Assembly: GCF_902713615.1 (NCBI RefSeq)
Contig: NC_052147.1
Location: forward strand, 239,912,886-239,976,885
Origin: Scyliorhinus canicula
Taxonomy: Eukaryota
Direction of reading: 5' to 3'
Length of the DNA stretch: 64,000 nucleotides
In this document: one piece after another, positions 63,476 to 64,000 of the stretch
Layout of the letters: each line of letters begins with the position of its first letter
How positions within the stretch are numbered: the stretch's first letter is position 1
Made by a program: the position numbers and the translations under genes
The notes under the pieces: model-generated
Told to the model about the DNA's origin: nothing
Database searches by the model: none
The model's input: the letters and a program-made list of their open reading frames with translations, nothing else

Positions 63476-63560
63476 AACTCCAGAGGACAGTGAGCAGTGT
63501 GAAAGCCTCATTCCTATGCATGGTGTTTCTCAGGAGGAAGGAACTAATTGTTGTTCATGA
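63476..63560 (+). CDS. SLC35F5: SLC35F5 last coding exon
   Basis: Acceptor ctcttttcag|. Encodes (R)[27 protein letters not shown] followed by TGA (63558-63560), matching the known [12 protein letters not shown]-terminal motif. Confidence 0.93.
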
Positions 63561-63567
63561 GGCGCAG

Positions 63568-63824
63568 GTATAAGATTATATTCTTAATGGATATCTAGCA
63601 TTTGCAGATTGGTAACTGTTGCTTGTTTGAAAATCCATTACATTTCTGTGTAAGTGCAAGAAGTGCAAGCATAGCTTACTTGAGGCAGATTAACCTTTAA
63701 AATGAAAATCCCCTGGTTGACTGCATATTGATGTTTTTGAACTTGCTTATACTTGTGCATTTGGAAATGACAATAACTGTTTGAAGAAGCTTAACGTTGC
63801 TGCTGTGTGTTGCACCATTTTCAG
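63568..63824 (+). other. SLC35F5: Putative intron in the SLC35F5 3'UTR
   Basis: Donor CAG|gtataa 7 nt after the stop codon. Branch-like CTTAAC at 63790-63795. Acceptor ccattttcag| at 63824. Confidence 0.6.
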
Positions 63825-64000
63825 ATGCTCTTCAGGCTGTAACCTGATTTAAACCATGATAAATATATCACTTTAAAAGTAATTATACTTTAAGGCAACT
63901 GTATGTCTGGTCAATATGTGTTCAGGAATGTTATGAATGCAATACAGCCATTAAAAGAATACACATAACATATTTGGATGTTTTTATAGATCCTAATAGT

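Noticed and set aside
1-64000. CRISPR arrays or prokaryotic systems
   Set aside because: The DNA is eukaryotic and intronic, with no regularly spaced repeat-spacer array or operon structure.

Overview
Vertebrate genomic DNA, very probably from a shark (HE1/V-SINEs, Deu- and LF-type SINEs and GGGC-TIR MITEs suggest a catshark-like genome). The one host gene I can support is SLC35F5 on the + strand. Its last five coding exons lie at 20006-20110, 36812-36971, 40572-40662, 53414-53568 and 63476-63560, with concordant splice phases, and a 3'UTR intron is likely. The rest is intron filled with transposons: two end-to-end antisense L1s with perfect TSDs, two truncated sense L1s, CR1/L2 relics, SINEs, a hAT-Charlie MITE, about a dozen Harbinger-like MITEs, a solo LTR, a Gypsy relic and a Penelope-like inverted repeat with a hammerhead-type core. 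Three observations stand out. (1) One L1 carries the 5'UTR and ORF1 start of a different L1 inside a single TSD, which looks like promoter capture. (2) Short locally templated direct or inverted patches recur at junctions and resemble Pol theta-type repair scars. (3) A V-SINE subfamily has A-rich tails and L1-type TSDs. Almost all ORFs in the supplied track are TE fragments or chance ORFs. Repeat family names come from recalled consensus motifs, not from searches.
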